From assembly GCA_041665005.1 (NCBI GenBank), contig JBAYJR010000007.1:3061-67060 (forward strand): 64,000 nt of DNA, read 5' to 3'. This DNA comes from Candidatus Buchananbacteria bacterium (GTDB lineage: Bacteria > Patescibacteriota > Patescibacteriia > 2-01-FULL-39-33 > JBAYJR01). The notes under the pieces are model-generated. The model made no database searches. It was not told the origin of the DNA and saw only the letters and a program-made list of their open reading frames with translations. The position numbers and the translations under genes are program-made. Shown here piece by piece: positions 8,170 through 17,231 of this stretch; positions within the stretch are counted from its first letter, which is position 1; each line of letters starts with the position of its first letter.

Positions 8170-8634
8170 ATGCCCACGACTAGTAGTGATCTATATAAAA
8201 GATTACCCCGCATAATGAAACAAACGCCAGCCGAAATATACGACGTTTTATATACCACGCACCGTAAAAGAAGTTACGATGCTCCAAAAATATATATGTG
8301 GCCACTGGACACCCTGCTGCTTTTAGGATTTTCTGTATATGAATCACAAATTTATGTGATCAGTTGCGGCATTCATGCTATGACTGACTTTGGCGAAGAT
8401 TACTTCAGTTCAATGGGGATGCCGGAAGAAGATATAGAAAAACTAAAAGAAATCTGCCTAGGTAACGTTGAACAATATCTAAAACGTACCCACAATAGAG
8501 TCTTAGATCAAAGCCATAAAAATAATCTAAGGCGTCTGATCATTTTAGGTAACTGGGCTCTTGAAAGAGAAATTATTAGTGGCTATAGGGATTACTGGGG
8601 GAGTTGTCGCTTTGAAGCAAATTATGCCTTCTAG
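8170..8634 (+). CDS. Hypothetical orphan protein
   Basis: SD CAGGAGG; probable own promoter; terminator at 8655-8685. Confidence 0.7.
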   Translation: MPTTSSDLYKRLPRIMKQTPAEIYDVLYTTHRKRSYDAPKIYMWPLDTLLLLGFSVYESQIYVISCGIHAMTDFGEDYFSSMGMPEEDIEKLKEICLGNVEQYLKRTHNRVLDQSHKNNLRRLIILGNWALEREIISGYRDYWGSCRFEANYAF

Positions 8635-8653
8635 TATACCCCATTGGGGTATA
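8635..8653. promoter_or_regulatory. CsoR-type palindrome (second copy)
   Basis: Perfect TATACCCC-att-GGGGTATA. Confidence 0.5.
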
Positions 8654-8689
8654 CAAAAGCAGAGTTGAATAACTCTGCTTTTTTTATAA

Positions 8690-8881
8690 AATAAAGAACG
8701 GGAAGACTTAGAGATCTTCCCGTTACGACTTTAGTGGCGGTGCTTTAGCACGGCCACCCGGCATATACGGAGGAGACTTGGCCGGCAGAAGGAGGCTTTT
8801 CCGCGGGTTTTTTGCTAACCAATAGGGGGATGGCTAGCGGGGATATCCGCTCCGTAATTTGATTTCTGAAGAACGATTATT
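8690..8881 (-). ncRNA. Candidate structured small RNA 2 with anti-SD loops
   Basis: TTGACA(8916-8911)-17-TAAACT promoter, boxA-like motif, GC-rich multi-hairpin body, terminator 8697-8724. Confidence 0.65.
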
Positions 8882-9022
8882 GAGCCTAGTTTATACTAAA
8901 TTTTTAATTTTGTCAAGAGCGCTGCCCAATTTTTTAAAAACTAACCAAAAACTACTATTTATGACTAACCGACACTTCTTTGACAAATTCTAAAAATAGT
9001 ATATAATATTTTAAGTTTACCT

Positions 9023-9098
9023 GGGCCGTTAGCGCAGTTGGTAGCGCGCTTCCATGGCATGGAAGAGGTCGGGAGTTCGAATCTCCCACGGTCCACCA
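9023..9098 (+). tRNA. tRNA-Ala(GGC)
   Basis: Cloverleaf, anticodon GGC, G3:U70, encoded CCA. Confidence 0.96.
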
Positions 9099-9132
9099 AT
9101 CGATTTTAAACTGCCAGTGTCTAAATATCTCT

Positions 9133-9453
9133 ATGGCGAACAAATATAAAATTATTGTTTTTGTTCCAGACTCTCATACTGACATAGTCCGCCAGGCCAT
9201 GGGTGATGCCGGAGCGGGAAAGCTTGGAAATTACACTCACTGCAGTTTTTCAAGTAAAGGGGTCGGAAGATTTATGCCAGAAGAGGGGGCGAATCCCACT
9301 ATTGGAAAAATTGGCAAGTTTGAATCAGTTGAGGAAGAAAGAATAGAGGTAGTAGCTTCCGCTCAAGTCGTTCAGGATGTAATAGCTGCAATTAAAAAAG
9401 TGCATCCCTATGAAGAGATTGCCATGGATGTTTATCCCTTAGAAGATTTATAA
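9133..9453 (+). CDS. YqfO/NIF3-associated PII-like (CutA-related) domain protein
   Basis: AGAGK.GNY..CSF...G.G.F and HPYEE motifs. Confidence 0.85.
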   Translation: MANKYKIIVFVPDSHTDIVRQAMGDAGAGKLGNYTHCSFSSKGVGRFMPEEGANPTIGKIGKFESVEEERIEVVASAQVVQDVIAAIKKVHPYEEIAMDVYPLEDL

Positions 9454-9560
9454 GCTATTCAATAATTTGATTCCAACTGGCTCTGATGTAGTTCGCTGTT
9501 TTTTGAAAAATTAAGTTTGAGTAAAAAATAAATTAAACTAACAAACTAAGGAGAAAATTT

Positions 9561-10034
9561 ATGGCAATTGACAAAGGTCCCAATGGACCAGAAAAAACAA
9601 TTGAGGAAAAAATTTCCGAGTTTAAATTTAATTTTGATAATTGGTTAGCAGAAAACCCTGTTATAGCAAAACAACTGAAAGATGAGTTGTTAGAGCTAGC
9701 GGGGATTGAAGAGAGTGAGTTGACCGATCCCGACCTGGGCTTTGATTTAAGTTTAATCAAAGTGCCAATCGCCGAATTATCAGCTTTTGGCACTATCTGT
9801 GGGGAGACGGATAATAAATCTTTTTCTAAAAAAGTAATAAACTTTTTAGAATCTAAAGGTGTTGAATTTATTATCGGCCTAGGAGAAAATAAAAAACCGG
9901 TAATCACCTCAGCGGCGATAAATATTTCCGCCAAAGACGCCGAACGATTTTCCAAAATTATCGATAGTAGCAAGGGGTCATTAGACCCGCAAGATTCGCA
10001 AGTTGACGGTTGGTCGATTTTTGAAAGCGAATAA
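9561..10034 (+). CDS. Hypothetical acidic protein
   Basis: SD AAGGAG; terminator at 10050-10080. Confidence 0.7.
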   Translation: MAIDKGPNGPEKTIEEKISEFKFNFDNWLAENPVIAKQLKDELLELAGIEESELTDPDLGFDLSLIKVPIAELSAFGTICGETDNKSFSKKVINFLESKGVEFIIGLGENKKPVITSAAINISAKDAERFSKIIDSSKGSLDPQDSQVDGWSIFESE

Positions 10035-10184
10035 TAATTTTGCAATTTTAAACCCCTAGTCGTAATGACTAGGGGTTTTTAAAGGCTTGATTTTTTCTTA
10101 AAAAAAATCTATAATGCCTGAGATAATCAATCGTTAAGCTTCTTTTTATTAAGTCGCCTGGCTCCACCTTCAACTCTTGCAGTT

Positions 10185-10206
10185 TCCCGAAGGGATCCCT
10201 TCGGGA
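10185..10206. repeat. 22-bp perfect palindrome in the tRNA leader
   Basis: TCCCGAAGGGATCCCTTCGGGA. Confidence 0.8.
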
Positions 10207-10234
10207 CAACGGACGCCTATCCGCCAAAATTTGA

Positions 10235-10306
10235 GCCCTTGTAGTTCAATGGATAGAACAACCCCGTCCTAAGGGGTAGATGTGTGTTCGATTCACGCCA
10301 GGGGCA
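10235..10306 (+). tRNA. tRNA-Arg(CCT)
   Basis: Cloverleaf, ACCCC-gtCCTaa-GGGGT; CCA not encoded. Confidence 0.93.
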
Positions 10307-10348
10307 CAAGCTAATTCAAAATTTAAAAATCAAAATTAAAAATTACCT

Positions 10349-10422
10349 GGGCCCATGGTCTAGTGGTATGACGCCACATTCGCATTGTGGAAGCGGGAGT
10401 CCGATTCTCCCTGGGTCCACCA
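10349..10422 (+). tRNA. tRNA-Ala(CGC)
   Basis: Anticodon CGC, G3:U70, CCA; atypical T-loop TCCGATT. Confidence 0.9.
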
Positions 10423-10445
10423 AAAACAATTTAAAAGTTTGTAAT

Positions 10446-10961
10446 ATGTCTACCGAGAATCAAACAAATATTCCGGTCATCTCAGCAATTATTGAGCGAG
10501 TCAGAAATGGTTCGGTAGAAATTTTAGTCCAAACTAGATGGAAACCAAATCGAGACCCTGAATATTCGGGAACTTTTGAAATACCGGCTGGCTGGATTGA
10601 AAAATATGAAAATGTCTACGAAGCCTTAAAACGGGAAACCCTAGAAGAGACCGGGCTTAAAATCATTAAAATATATCCTGACTTACAAACCAAAATACAT
10701 ACTCCCAAAGATGACGCCTCATTTGCCTTTTTACCTTTTTGCGGACAACAACAATTAAAGGGCGGCAAACCTTGGATTGGCTTTGTTTTTATCTGCGAAG
10801 TAGCAGATGCCGAGCCGAGGCCGCAAACTGACGAAGTAAAAGATATTAAGTGGCTAAAAAAAGCAGAATTAAAAAAGCTGTTTGAAAAAACTCCCAAAAA
10901 GATTTTTACTTTGCAACTGGGAGCTTTAGATTTTTATTTTAATCACGATCCGCGAAAATAA
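10446..10961 (+). CDS. Nudix hydrolase
   Basis: Nudix box G.....E.....LKRETLEETGL; start reassigned to the ATG downstream of the tRNAs. Confidence 0.88.
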   Translation: MSTENQTNIPVISAIIERVRNGSVEILVQTRWKPNRDPEYSGTFEIPAGWIEKYENVYEALKRETLEETGLKIIKIYPDLQTKIHTPKDDASFAFLPFCGQQQLKGGKPWIGFVFICEVADAEPRPQTDEVKDIKWLKKAELKKLFEKTPKKIFTLQLGALDFYFNHDPRK

Positions 10962-10965
10962 ATTT

Positions 10966-11400
10966 ATGGACAAAAATCCAACCAACTTGCAACCTCGGGT
11001 GGGTATTGGCGTAATGATTCAAAATGAAACTGGCCAAGTTTTGTTGGGTTTAAGACAAGGTTCTCATGGCGAAGGCGAATGGGCCTTTCCTGGTGGGCAT
11101 CTAGAATTTGGCGAAACTATTTTTGCCGCCGCCAAACGCGAAGTAGCTGAAGAAGCTGGTCTGCTCGTTGAGGAATTTGAATTAATTTCTGTGGCCGATG
11201 AAATGCGTTATATTAAAACTGATAACAAGCATTATTTAAACATCGGCATAAAAGCAATCTACAATGGCGGCGAGCCAAAAATCATGGAGCCAAACAAATG
11301 CCAAGGCTGGTCCTGGTTTGCTTTAAATAATCTGCCAGAAAAAATACTGGAAGGAACAGAATTGATTATCAAAAATTTTAAGGCCAGAAAAATATACTAA
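10966..11400 (+). CDS. Nudix hydrolase (MutT/NUDT15-like)
   Basis: PGGHLEFGE...AKREVAEEAGL and EP.KC..W.W motifs. Confidence 0.9.
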   Translation: MDKNPTNLQPRVGIGVMIQNETGQVLLGLRQGSHGEGEWAFPGGHLEFGETIFAAAKREVAEEAGLLVEEFELISVADEMRYIKTDNKHYLNIGIKAIYNGGEPKIMEPNKCQGWSWFALNNLPEKILEGTELIIKNFKARKIY

Positions 11401-11437
11401 CCACTAATAAAAAATCACCAAGTCTTAAAATTTATTT

Positions 11438-12238
11438 ATGAACGTGGCTGAATTTCAAACTAAAATTAAACCTAATCTGACGCTGTCAATCACGAAACAA
11501 AATTTTATCGTCCAAGAAGTGGTTAAATTTAAATTGGCTGATGGCCGTTTTTATCTTAAATGCTTTTTAAGTGACAATTATGTTTTAGCTGATGATCTAG
11601 CTAAAAATATTTTTCTTTTAGCCAAAGAAGTAAACACTCCTTTTAAACAACCCTTTGCTCCGGAGCTTGATTTTGCTGATAAAAAATTTAAATTTTTATA
11701 TAATGCCCACGCCGTGGCTGAAGAAATTATGGGGCTAGAGATTTTTAAAAAAGGGGACAGCGAAAGCTTTTGGGATTATCAAGCCACCGACGGTGCTTAT
11801 CTTAGCTTGGGCGTTGTTGACCAAACCAATAAACGCTTAGATTTTTACGGAAAAATTATTACTCCCAACCAACTCAATCTTTTAACCGAATCTTTATCCT
11901 TAACTTTGGCCCGGAAATATTTGGGTCAAGAATTAGAAATAACTATTGACCGGCCACTGGGCACCAAGCATCCTAAACATGGCTTTATCTATGAAACAAA
12001 TTATGGTTTTGTCAAGGGTGTGCTAGCGCCAGATGGCGAAGAATTAGACGCCTATTATTTAGGGTCATCAAAACCGCTAGAGCAGGCTCGGGGTGTTTGT
12101 ATCGCCATTGCCCATCGCCAAAATGATGACGACGACAAATTAATTGTCGTGCCAGCCGGCTTCCAAATCTCTGACGAACAAATTAGGTCCGCCATTAATT
12201 TTCAAGAAAAATGGTTTAAAACAGAAATAATTCGTTAA
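11438..12238 (+). CDS. Fusion of a DUF4178-like domain and a family I inorganic pyrophosphatase-like domain
   Basis: C-terminal IDRPLG..HP...Y..NYG......DGEELDAY...DDDK; the N-terminal assignment is tentative. Confidence 0.75.
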   Translation: MNVAEFQTKIKPNLTLSITKQNFIVQEVVKFKLADGRFYLKCFLSDNYVLADDLAKNIFLLAKEVNTPFKQPFAPELDFADKKFKFLYNAHAVAEEIMGLEIFKKGDSESFWDYQATDGAYLSLGVVDQTNKRLDFYGKIITPNQLNLLTESLSLTLARKYLGQELEITIDRPLGTKHPKHGFIYETNYGFVKGVLAPDGEELDAYYLGSSKPLEQARGVCIAIAHRQNDDDDKLIVVPAGFQISDEQIRSAINFQEKWFKTEIIR

Positions 12239-12289
12239 TTTTTGCCTAAATTATCAAGCAATCAAAATTACTTAATTTTATCAGATTAA

Positions 12290-12308
12290 AATACCCCTCT
12301 AGGGTATA
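12290..12308. promoter_or_regulatory. CsoR-type palindrome (third copy)
   Basis: AATACCCC-tct-AGGGTATA upstream of the MBL-hydrolase/gyrA operon. Confidence 0.5.
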
Positions 12309-12385
12309 TAAAACAGTTTAATTGGGGTTTACACACACCCAATTTTTTGTTATACTAAAAATGCTTTTATTCATTATTTTACTTT

Positions 12386-13033
12386 ATGTTAATTACTTGG
12401 CTCGGCCAATCTTGCTTTAAAATACAAGTTAAAAATGATGGCCAAGAAATCACCATCGTTACTGATCCGTTTGAAGGCTCTGTTGGTTTACGCGCACCTT
12501 CTTTAGGTGCAGAAATTGTTACCGTTTCACACGATCATTATGATCACAATAATCTTGACGCCGTCCGTGGCACTCCTTTTGTAGTCAATACTCCTGGTGA
12601 ATATGAGACCAAGGGGGTATTTATTTACGGTATTCCCAGCTGGCATGACAAGGTTGAAGGTAAAGAAAAGGGGACTAATACAATTTACCGGATTAATGCT
12701 GAAGATTTATCCATAGTTCATTTAGGAGATTTGGGTCAAGCTACTCTAACCGAAGAACAAAAAGAAAAGCTAAGTAGTGTTGACGTCTTATTAATCCCCG
12801 TTGGCGGTGGTGCTACTTTAGATGGCAAAGACGCCGCAGCCCTAGTGGCCGAATTGGAGCCCCGCATTGTAATCCCAATGCATTACAAAATTCCGGGCTT
12901 AAAAATTGACTTAGATGGCCTAGATAAATTTATTAAAAACTTAGGCCTAAAAGCGGAAACGACTGATAAACTAAGAATTGCTAAAAAAGATTTACCCCAA
13001 GAAGAAACTAAATTATACATTTTAACGCCTTAA
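12386..13033 (+). CDS. MBL-fold metallo-hydrolase
   Basis: SHDHYDH, HLGD and IPMHY motifs. Confidence 0.9.
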   Translation: MLITWLGQSCFKIQVKNDGQEITIVTDPFEGSVGLRAPSLGAEIVTVSHDHYDHNNLDAVRGTPFVVNTPGEYETKGVFIYGIPSWHDKVEGKEKGTNTIYRINAEDLSIVHLGDLGQATLTEEQKEKLSSVDVLLIPVGGGATLDGKDAAALVAELEPRIVIPMHYKIPGLKIDLDGLDKFIKNLGLKAETTDKLRIAKKDLPQEETKLYILTP

Positions 13034-13034
13034 T

Positions 13035-13826
13035 ATGGCGAGTGGCAAAAATAAAAATAATCATCACCAGCAAAAACCAACTAACCGCATCAGTTGGCTA
13101 GAAAATATTCAACAACAACCCCTGGCTTACCGCAAAACTCTCCTTTATACTATAGTTGGGCTGTTGACAGTCGGCGTACTAATTTTCTGGTTCAGCTCTT
13201 TAAGACTTACTTTACAGAAAAGCTTAACTGAGGCGCATACTAATAACAATCAAGCAAGTTTATTTAAACAATTCAGCCAAGCCTGGCAAATCACTAAACA
13301 AACTTGGTCGGACAACTTAGCTAAATTACAACAGGCCCAAGCCACACCACCCTTATTCCAAAAAACCGCCGAAGAATTAGCCGCGATGTTTAACACTGAC
13401 AATTGGTCAACCACTACTAGCGCTAACCTTAAATTAACCTTAAAACATCCAACTGACTGGTTAAAACAAGACCTCGCTAATGGCTTGGTTATTAAAAATC
13501 CTCAAACTGCCACCACTTCCCCAAACTTAGCTAAAATAGAAATAATTTTGCAGCCAAATCCCCAACAATTAACGGCGGCGCAATGGTACGCTAAACAGCA
13601 ACAACAAAGTAAAGTTTTAGATCAAACTTTAGCCACCAGCAGTGTACCCTTAGCTCAAACAATGGCTTTCCAACGAATTTTAAAAACTGAATCAACCGAA
13701 ATCAACCAAAAAATTATTTATTTAGCCAGCCAAAAATTTTTATACGAAATCTATCTAACTACAACTGGTTTAGTTTATCAACAAATTACTGAAGAAATTT
13801 TAAAAAGTTTAACTTTGCTTAAATAA
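13035..13826 (+). CDS. Single-TM hypothetical protein with possible PsbP-like extracellular domain
   Basis: One TM followed by an LKHPTDW (.YP..W-like) motif. Confidence 0.65.
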   Translation: MASGKNKNNHHQQKPTNRISWLENIQQQPLAYRKTLLYTIVGLLTVGVLIFWFSSLRLTLQKSLTEAHTNNNQASLFKQFSQAWQITKQTWSDNLAKLQQAQATPPLFQKTAEELAAMFNTDNWSTTTSANLKLTLKHPTDWLKQDLANGLVIKNPQTATTSPNLAKIEIILQPNPQQLTAAQWYAKQQQQSKVLDQTLATSSVPLAQTMAFQRILKTESTEINQKIIYLASQKFLYEIYLTTTGLVYQQITEEILKSLTLLK

Positions 13827-13852
13827 TTATTTAATGAACTTGTCTATACTTT

Positions 13853-16336
13853 ATGCCTAAGAAGAAAATCCAGCCAAAAACGGAAACTGTGGTAACCAAT
13901 TTTGTGTCCAGAGTTTCTTTACAACCAATCGTGCAAGAAGTGCAACAATCCTATTTGGATTACGCCATGTCAGTAATTATTGCTCGGGCCTTACCTGATG
14001 TACGTGACGGTTTAAAACCAGTCCATCGTCGTATTTTGTACGCGATGTGGACTTTAGGCTTACGGGCCAGTGCTAAGTTTCGTAAATCCGCCACCGTCGT
14101 CGGTGAAGTTTTAGGTAAATATCATCCTCATGGTGATTCCGCGGTTTATGATTCCATGGTCCGCTTGGCCCAGGATTTTGCCATGCGCTATCCCTTAGTT
14201 AACGGCCAGGGTAACTTTGGTTCTTTAGATGGTGATTCCGCCGCCGCTATGCGTTATACCGAGGCTAAATTAACCAGCATGGCCGAAGAAATGCTCCAAG
14301 ATATTGACAAAGAAACTATTGCTTGGATGCCTAATTATGACAATACTTTGCTGGAGCCTAAAGTTTTACCCTCCAAATTACCAAACTTATTACTTAATGG
14401 CACTATGGGCATTGCCGTGGGTATGGCCACCAACATTCCGCCTCACAACTTAACTGAACTAGTAGATGGCATTGCCGCCTTGTTGGATGACGAAGATTTA
14501 ACCGTTGAAGATTTGATGAAATACATTAAAGGCCCAGATTTCCCGACCGGCGGAGTTATTTACAGCCATAACGACATTATGACAGCCTATGCCACGGGCC
14601 GAGGTGGGGTGGTAATTCGCGCCAAAACCGAAATTATTGAAACCAAGTCTGGTAGCTGGCAAATTATTGTTAACGAAATTCCTTATCAAGTTAACAAGGC
14701 TCAATTGTTAGAAAAAATTGCGGATTTAGTTAAGGATAAAAAAATTGAAGGGATTAAAGATTTACGCGACGAATCAAACCGGGAAGGCGTAAGAATTGTC
14801 ATAGAATTAAAAAAGGATACTTATCCCAAGAAAATTTTAAACCAACTATTTAAGCACACCCAACTGCAAGAAACTTTTCACTTTAACATGTTAGCTTTAA
14901 TTGACGGCATCCAACCAAAAATTTTAAATTTAAAAAGTATTTTAGAACAGTACATTTTACATCGTCAAGAAGTCGTTAAACGCCGCGCCGCCTTTGAATT
15001 AATGCAAGCTAAGGATCGTGCCCATATTCTTAAGGGTTTAATGATCGCTTTAGAAAACATTGATAAAATTATTGCCACTATTAAAAAATCTAAAGACAAG
15101 GACGAGGCTAAGATCAACTTAATTAGCAAATTTAAATTGAGTGAACGCCAGGCCGTCGCTATCTTAGAAATGCGTTTGCAACAATTAGCAAATTTGGAAA
15201 GCTTGCGGATTGAACAAGAATTAAAAGAAAAACTGGCCTTAATTAAAGAGCTAGAAAATATTTTGGCTTCCCCTAAAAAAATTCGTGAAATAATTAAAAA
15301 AGAATTACTGGCCTTAAAAGAAAAATTTGGCGATGAGCGTCGCACTCAAATTATTGCCCAAAAAGTTGATAGTTTTACCACTGAAGATTTGGTGCCTAAC
15401 GAAGATACGATCGTGATGATTACCCGCGACGGCTATCTTAAACGTTTGCCACCCGAAACTTTTAAAGCCCAATCCCGCGGTGGCAAAGGAGTAATTGGTC
15501 TAACCACTAAAGAAGAAGATGAAGTTGAGCAATTTTTTACCACCACTACTCACGCCGATATTTGGTTTTTTACCACCAAAGGACGGGTCTTTCAACTTAA
15601 GGGTTACGATATTCCACAAGCCACCCGTACTGCTAAAGGCCAAGCGATTGTTAATTTTTTACAATTAGCCCCTAATGAAAAAGTTTCGGCCGTTTTGGAA
15701 TCAACCGACCTAAGTTCGGCTAAATTTTTAGTCATGGTAACCGTTCAAGGCCAAATTAAAAAAACGCCAATTTCTGATTTTGCTAATGTCCGTCGTTCCG
15801 GTTTAATCGCTATTAAATTAAAATCTGATGACGCCTTACAATGGGTCAAACCTTCCACCGGCAAAGATGAAATAATTTTAGCCACGGCTAATGGTCAAAG
15901 CATCCGTTTCCGCGAAGCGCAAGTCCGCGCGATGGGCCGAACCGCTTCCGGCGTCCGGGGTTTACGTCTAAAGAAAGGTGATGAGGTAATTTCGATGGAT
16001 ATTATTGACGGCAGTCTAGCCAAAAATTTGCAACTATTGGTAGTAATGGAAAATGGCTTTGGTAAACGAACTGGTCTAGTTCAATATAAAATTCAAGGCC
16101 GCGGTGGCTCGGGTATTAAAACCGCTCAAGTGACTGCCAAAACTGGTAAACTAGTGGCCAGCACCGTAATTAACGCTCAAACTAAAGACGAAGACTTAAT
16201 TATTATCTCCAAAAAAGGACAAGTAATCCGCTTGCCGCTAAATTCTGTCTCAGTTTTGGGTCGCGCGACTCAAGGAGTACGAGTAATGCGCTTCAAAGAA
16301 CCAGATGATAAGGTGGTAAACCTAACCAGAATTTAA
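13853..16336 (+). CDS. gyrA: DNA gyrase subunit A
   Basis: YHPHGD, AAMRYTE catalytic Tyr, GyrA-box QSRGGKG, pinwheel repeats. Confidence 0.98.
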   Translation: MPKKKIQPKTETVVTNFVSRVSLQPIVQEVQQSYLDYAMSVIIARALPDVRDGLKPVHRRILYAMWTLGLRASAKFRKSATVVGEVLGKYHPHGDSAVYDSMVRLAQDFAMRYPLVNGQGNFGSLDGDSAAAMRYTEAKLTSMAEEMLQDIDKETIAWMPNYDNTLLEPKVLPSKLPNLLLNGTMGIAVGMATNIPPHNLTELVDGIAALLDDEDLTVEDLMKYIKGPDFPTGGVIYSHNDIMTAYATGRGGVVIRAKTEIIETKSGSWQIIVNEIPYQVNKAQLLEKIADLVKDKKIEGIKDLRDESNREGVRIVIELKKDTYPKKILNQLFKHTQLQETFHFNMLALIDGIQPKILNLKSILEQYILHRQEVVKRRAAFELMQAKDRAHILKGLMIALENIDKIIATIKKSKDKDEAKINLISKFKLSERQAVAILEMRLQQLANLESLRIEQELKEKLALIKELENILASPKKIREIIKKELLALKEKFGDERRTQIIAQKVDSFTTEDLVPNEDTIVMITRDGYLKRLPPETFKAQSRGGKGVIGLTTKEEDEVEQFFTTTTHADIWFFTTKGRVFQLKGYDIPQATRTAKGQAIVNFLQLAPNEKVSAVLESTDLSSAKFLVMVTVQGQIKKTPISDFANVRRSGLIAIKLKSDDALQWVKPSTGKDEIILATANGQSIRFREAQVRAMGRTASGVRGLRLKKGDEVISMDIIDGSLAKNLQLLVVMENGFGKRTGLVQYKIQGRGGSGIKTAQVTAKTGKLVASTVINAQTKDEDLIIISKKGQVIRLPLNSVSVLGRATQGVRVMRFKEPDDKVVNLTRI

Positions 16337-16447
16337 ACTTAAACAAAAAATCACCCTCTCCCTTAAACAGGAGGGGGTGATTTTGCGATGACTTAAATAA
16401 CTAATAAAGACACGAATTCCCACTATTTATTTAAGCTCGCTATGGGT

Positions 16448-16588
16448 TTAATAATTCTCTTCCTCAGACGAATCCTCAACCGCGCCATCGCCACAACCCG
16501 GACAATCTAATAGTCCGCAGTTTTGACAAGGCCCGCAGGAGCCGTCACAATCCGCTTGTCCACATTTTTTGCAAATGTCTTCGGCCAT
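16448..16588 (-). CDS. 46-aa Cys-rich, metallothionein-like microprotein (absent from ORF track)
   Basis: MAEDICKKCGQADCDGSCGPCQNCGLLDCPGCGDGAVEDSSEEENY*, 8 Cys. Confidence 0.7.
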   Translation of the reverse strand: MAEDICKKCGQADCDGSCGPCQNCGLLDCPGCGDGAVEDSSEEENY

Positions 16589-16687
16589 AAATTTGGCTTA
16601 GTTTAAATAAATCTTTAAAAATACTAACCCCTCAATACTCTTATATTTTACCAAAGAATCAATAAAAAATAAACCCGTCTGGACCAT

Positions 16688-16772
16688 AAAAAAACAGAAA
16701 GCAACACTTTCTGTTTTCTGTATGCACGACAAGTTATATAAACATTTTACAGAGGATTACTAAACCTGTCAA
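16688..16772 (-). ncRNA. Promoter plus about 50-nt terminated RNA (tiny sRNA or attenuator)
   Basis: TTGACA(16772-16767)-17-TAAAAT, then hairpin 16691-16717 and U-tract. Confidence 0.45.
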
Positions 16773-16868
16773 ATTGCTTAGCTAAGACATTTATTATTCT
16801 TCAAATATAAAACACACAAATTAAAAGCCCCTAATAAAACTTAATCATATTAGGGACCTAACTACCTG

Positions 16869-17087
16869 CTAATCTTTTTTGCACGGAACGACGAAGCCGG
16901 CAGCGATGTTAAAACTTGTAAAGGTATTGCAAGCCATTGCCGCAACTATTAATAAATCAAATATTACATTCTCGAATAGCGGTCGGTAAATATAACAACC
17001 CATCATTAACACTGTTGAAAGGCCCTGCACGAAATATAGCCACTTCTTTTTCTTAAACTTATTAGTATAAATATAAGAAAAAGCCAA
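16869..17087 (-). CDS. Possible small membrane protein
   Basis: Two hydrophobic segments and a downstream hairpin; weak TTG start. Confidence 0.35.
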   Translation of the reverse strand: MAFSYIYTNKFKKKKWLYFVQGLSTVLMMGCYIYRPLFENVIFDLLIVAAMACNTFTSFNIAAGFVVPCKKD

Positions 17088-17141
17088 GACCTCTTTAATT
17101 AAACAAAAACAGCCCTAATTAGTAGGACTGCTATTGTTTAT

Positions 17142-17228
17142 TGGTGCCCGGGGAGAGACTCGAACTCTCAATCCCTTACGAGAAACGGATTTTAAGTCCG
17201 TCGCGTATACCAATTCCGCCACCCGGGC
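17142..17228 (-). tRNA. tRNA-Leu(TAA)
   Basis: Long variable arm, ACGGA-ctTAAaa-TCCGT, CCA. Confidence 0.96.
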
Positions 17229-17231
17229 AAA

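Noticed and set aside
8722-8731. GTTACGACTT, identical to part of the 16S 1492R primer site
   Set aside because: Only 10 nt and the flanks do not resemble 16S; not an rRNA fragment and probably chance
8723-8790. HDV-like/theta ribozyme fold for sRNA 2 (CCGGC/GCCGG, CTCCTCCG loop, hairpin followed by CTAA)
   Set aside because: I could not build P2 and P3 in the required order
8955-9143. 62-aa minus-strand ORF
   Set aside because: Antisense shadow of tRNA-Ala(GGC)
9533-10045. 170-aa minus-strand ORF
   Set aside because: Antisense to the SD-led 9561 gene; Ser/Leu-rich shadow composition
10284-10445. N-terminal extension of the Nudix ORF in the track
   Set aside because: Overlaps tRNA-Arg and tRNA-Ala; the likely start is ATG 10446
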